The translations under genes and the position numbers were made by a program. From positions 71,486,001 through 71,550,000 of the forward strand of contig NC_043006.1 of assembly GCF_006345805.1 (NCBI RefSeq): 64,000 bases of DNA. The letters are read 5' to 3'. Shown here one piece after another: positions 62,901 through 64,000 of this stretch (positions are counted from its first letter, which is position 1; every line of letters begins with the position of its first letter). The notes beneath the pieces were generated by a model. The model made no database searches, was not told the origin of the DNA, and saw only the letters and a list, made by a program, of their open reading frames with translations. This stretch comes from Octopus sinensis. Taxonomy: Eukaryota.

Positions 62901-62908
62901 TTTAGATT

Positions 62909-63158
62909 ACTTTGTGAGTGGATTTGGTAGACAGTAACTGAAAGAAGCCTGCCATATATCATCATCATCATCGTTTAACGTCCGTTCTCCATGTTAGCAT
63001 GGGTTGGACGGTTCGACCGGGGATCTGGGAAGCCAGAAGGCTGCACCAGGCTTCAGTCTTATCTGGCAATGTTTCTACAGCTGGATGCCCTTCCTAACGC
63101 CAACCACTCCGTGAGTGTAGTGGGTGCTTTTTACGTGCCACCTGCACAGGTGCCAGGC

Positions 63159-63257
<99 letters not shown>

Positions 63258-63436
63258 ACCATCTTTTGACAACCGATGCGGATGTGTTTAGGTCTCTGTA
63301 ACTTAGTGGTTCAGCAAAAGTGACCGATAGAATAAGCACTAGGCTTACAAAGAATAAGTCCTGGGGTCAATTTGTTCAGCTAAAGGTGGTGCTCCAGTAT
63401 GGCCGCAGTCAAAATGACTGAAACAAGTAAAAGAGA
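62909..63436 (+). mobile_element. 5'-truncated SINE family 1 with a nested RTE 3' fragment (62957-63160, minus strand) in its (TA)n tract
   Basis: SINE halves flank '(cat)n cgtttaacgtccg...gtgccacctgcacaggtgccaggcga'. Confidence 0.85.
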
Positions 63437-64000
63437 AAAAAAAACCCATGCAAAAAAGGAAATGTGGACAGTAAAATGATGAAGATTAAGATGATGACGA
63501 TGATATATAAAAGTGTTATCCTTAGCTGAATTTAGCTAAATACATCAGCAGAAGGGTTACATGTGGTATTCATCCAGATATAAAGTGTTGGGGGAAGAGG
63601 ATGTAATTTAGAAAAACACCAGATTTCTATCTATAAACCAACTTTCAGATTCACACACAACATAATTTTCTCATTTCTTCAATGAGGCATACAAAAGCAC
63701 TGAAGGAAACCAGACCAGACATAGTAATCTGAGCTACCAATGACATTACCTAAACTTGCTCAGCCACCTCCCTCAACATACTCCACTTAACTCTTTCCAA
63801 ACCAGCCCCCCTCAAGTGCACCTCTGCTTCTACCAGATGTTAGAGATATTTCTACTTTAATTAAAACCTTCCATCCTAATTTTATGCTACTGATGTTGTT
63901 ATTAAGCTCTAGGCAAGCCCTAATTGAACAGATCCAATGTGTTCCAGACATAACCATCCCATCAGTAATTTGAACCACATTGTCTATTGATTGCTATTTC

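Overview
This window is AT-rich eukaryotic DNA packed with microsatellites and transposon remnants. The repeat families match what I recall of cephalopod (Octopus-like) genomes; the species assignment is an inference. I cannot support any host protein-coding gene, tRNA, rRNA or CRISPR array, and most ORF-track entries are read-throughs of (CA)n/(TA)n repeats or SINEs. Supported content: several tRNA-headed SINE families, LINE remnants (RTE, L1/Tx1-like, R4/Dong-like), and DNA-transposon remnants and MITEs (piggyBac, hAT, mariner, Tigger/pogo, Helentron-type HINE). Many of these are nested in one another. The most interesting element is a ~260-bp SINE made of a Pol III tRNA-like head, an (AAT)n linker and a 3' module containing a minimal type I hammerhead-ribozyme motif of the kind known from Penelope-like elements. 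It occurs at three loci (9357-9856, 33959-35939, 54168-54697), each flanked by a 12-13 bp target-site duplication. Two loci have a Penelope-like inverted arrangement. This suggests a ribozyme-carrying SINE mobilised by Penelope-like machinery. All four ribozyme copies here are mutated, so activity is inferred for the ancestral sequence only. Repeat boundaries were read by eye and are approximate unless a TSD or TIR defines them.
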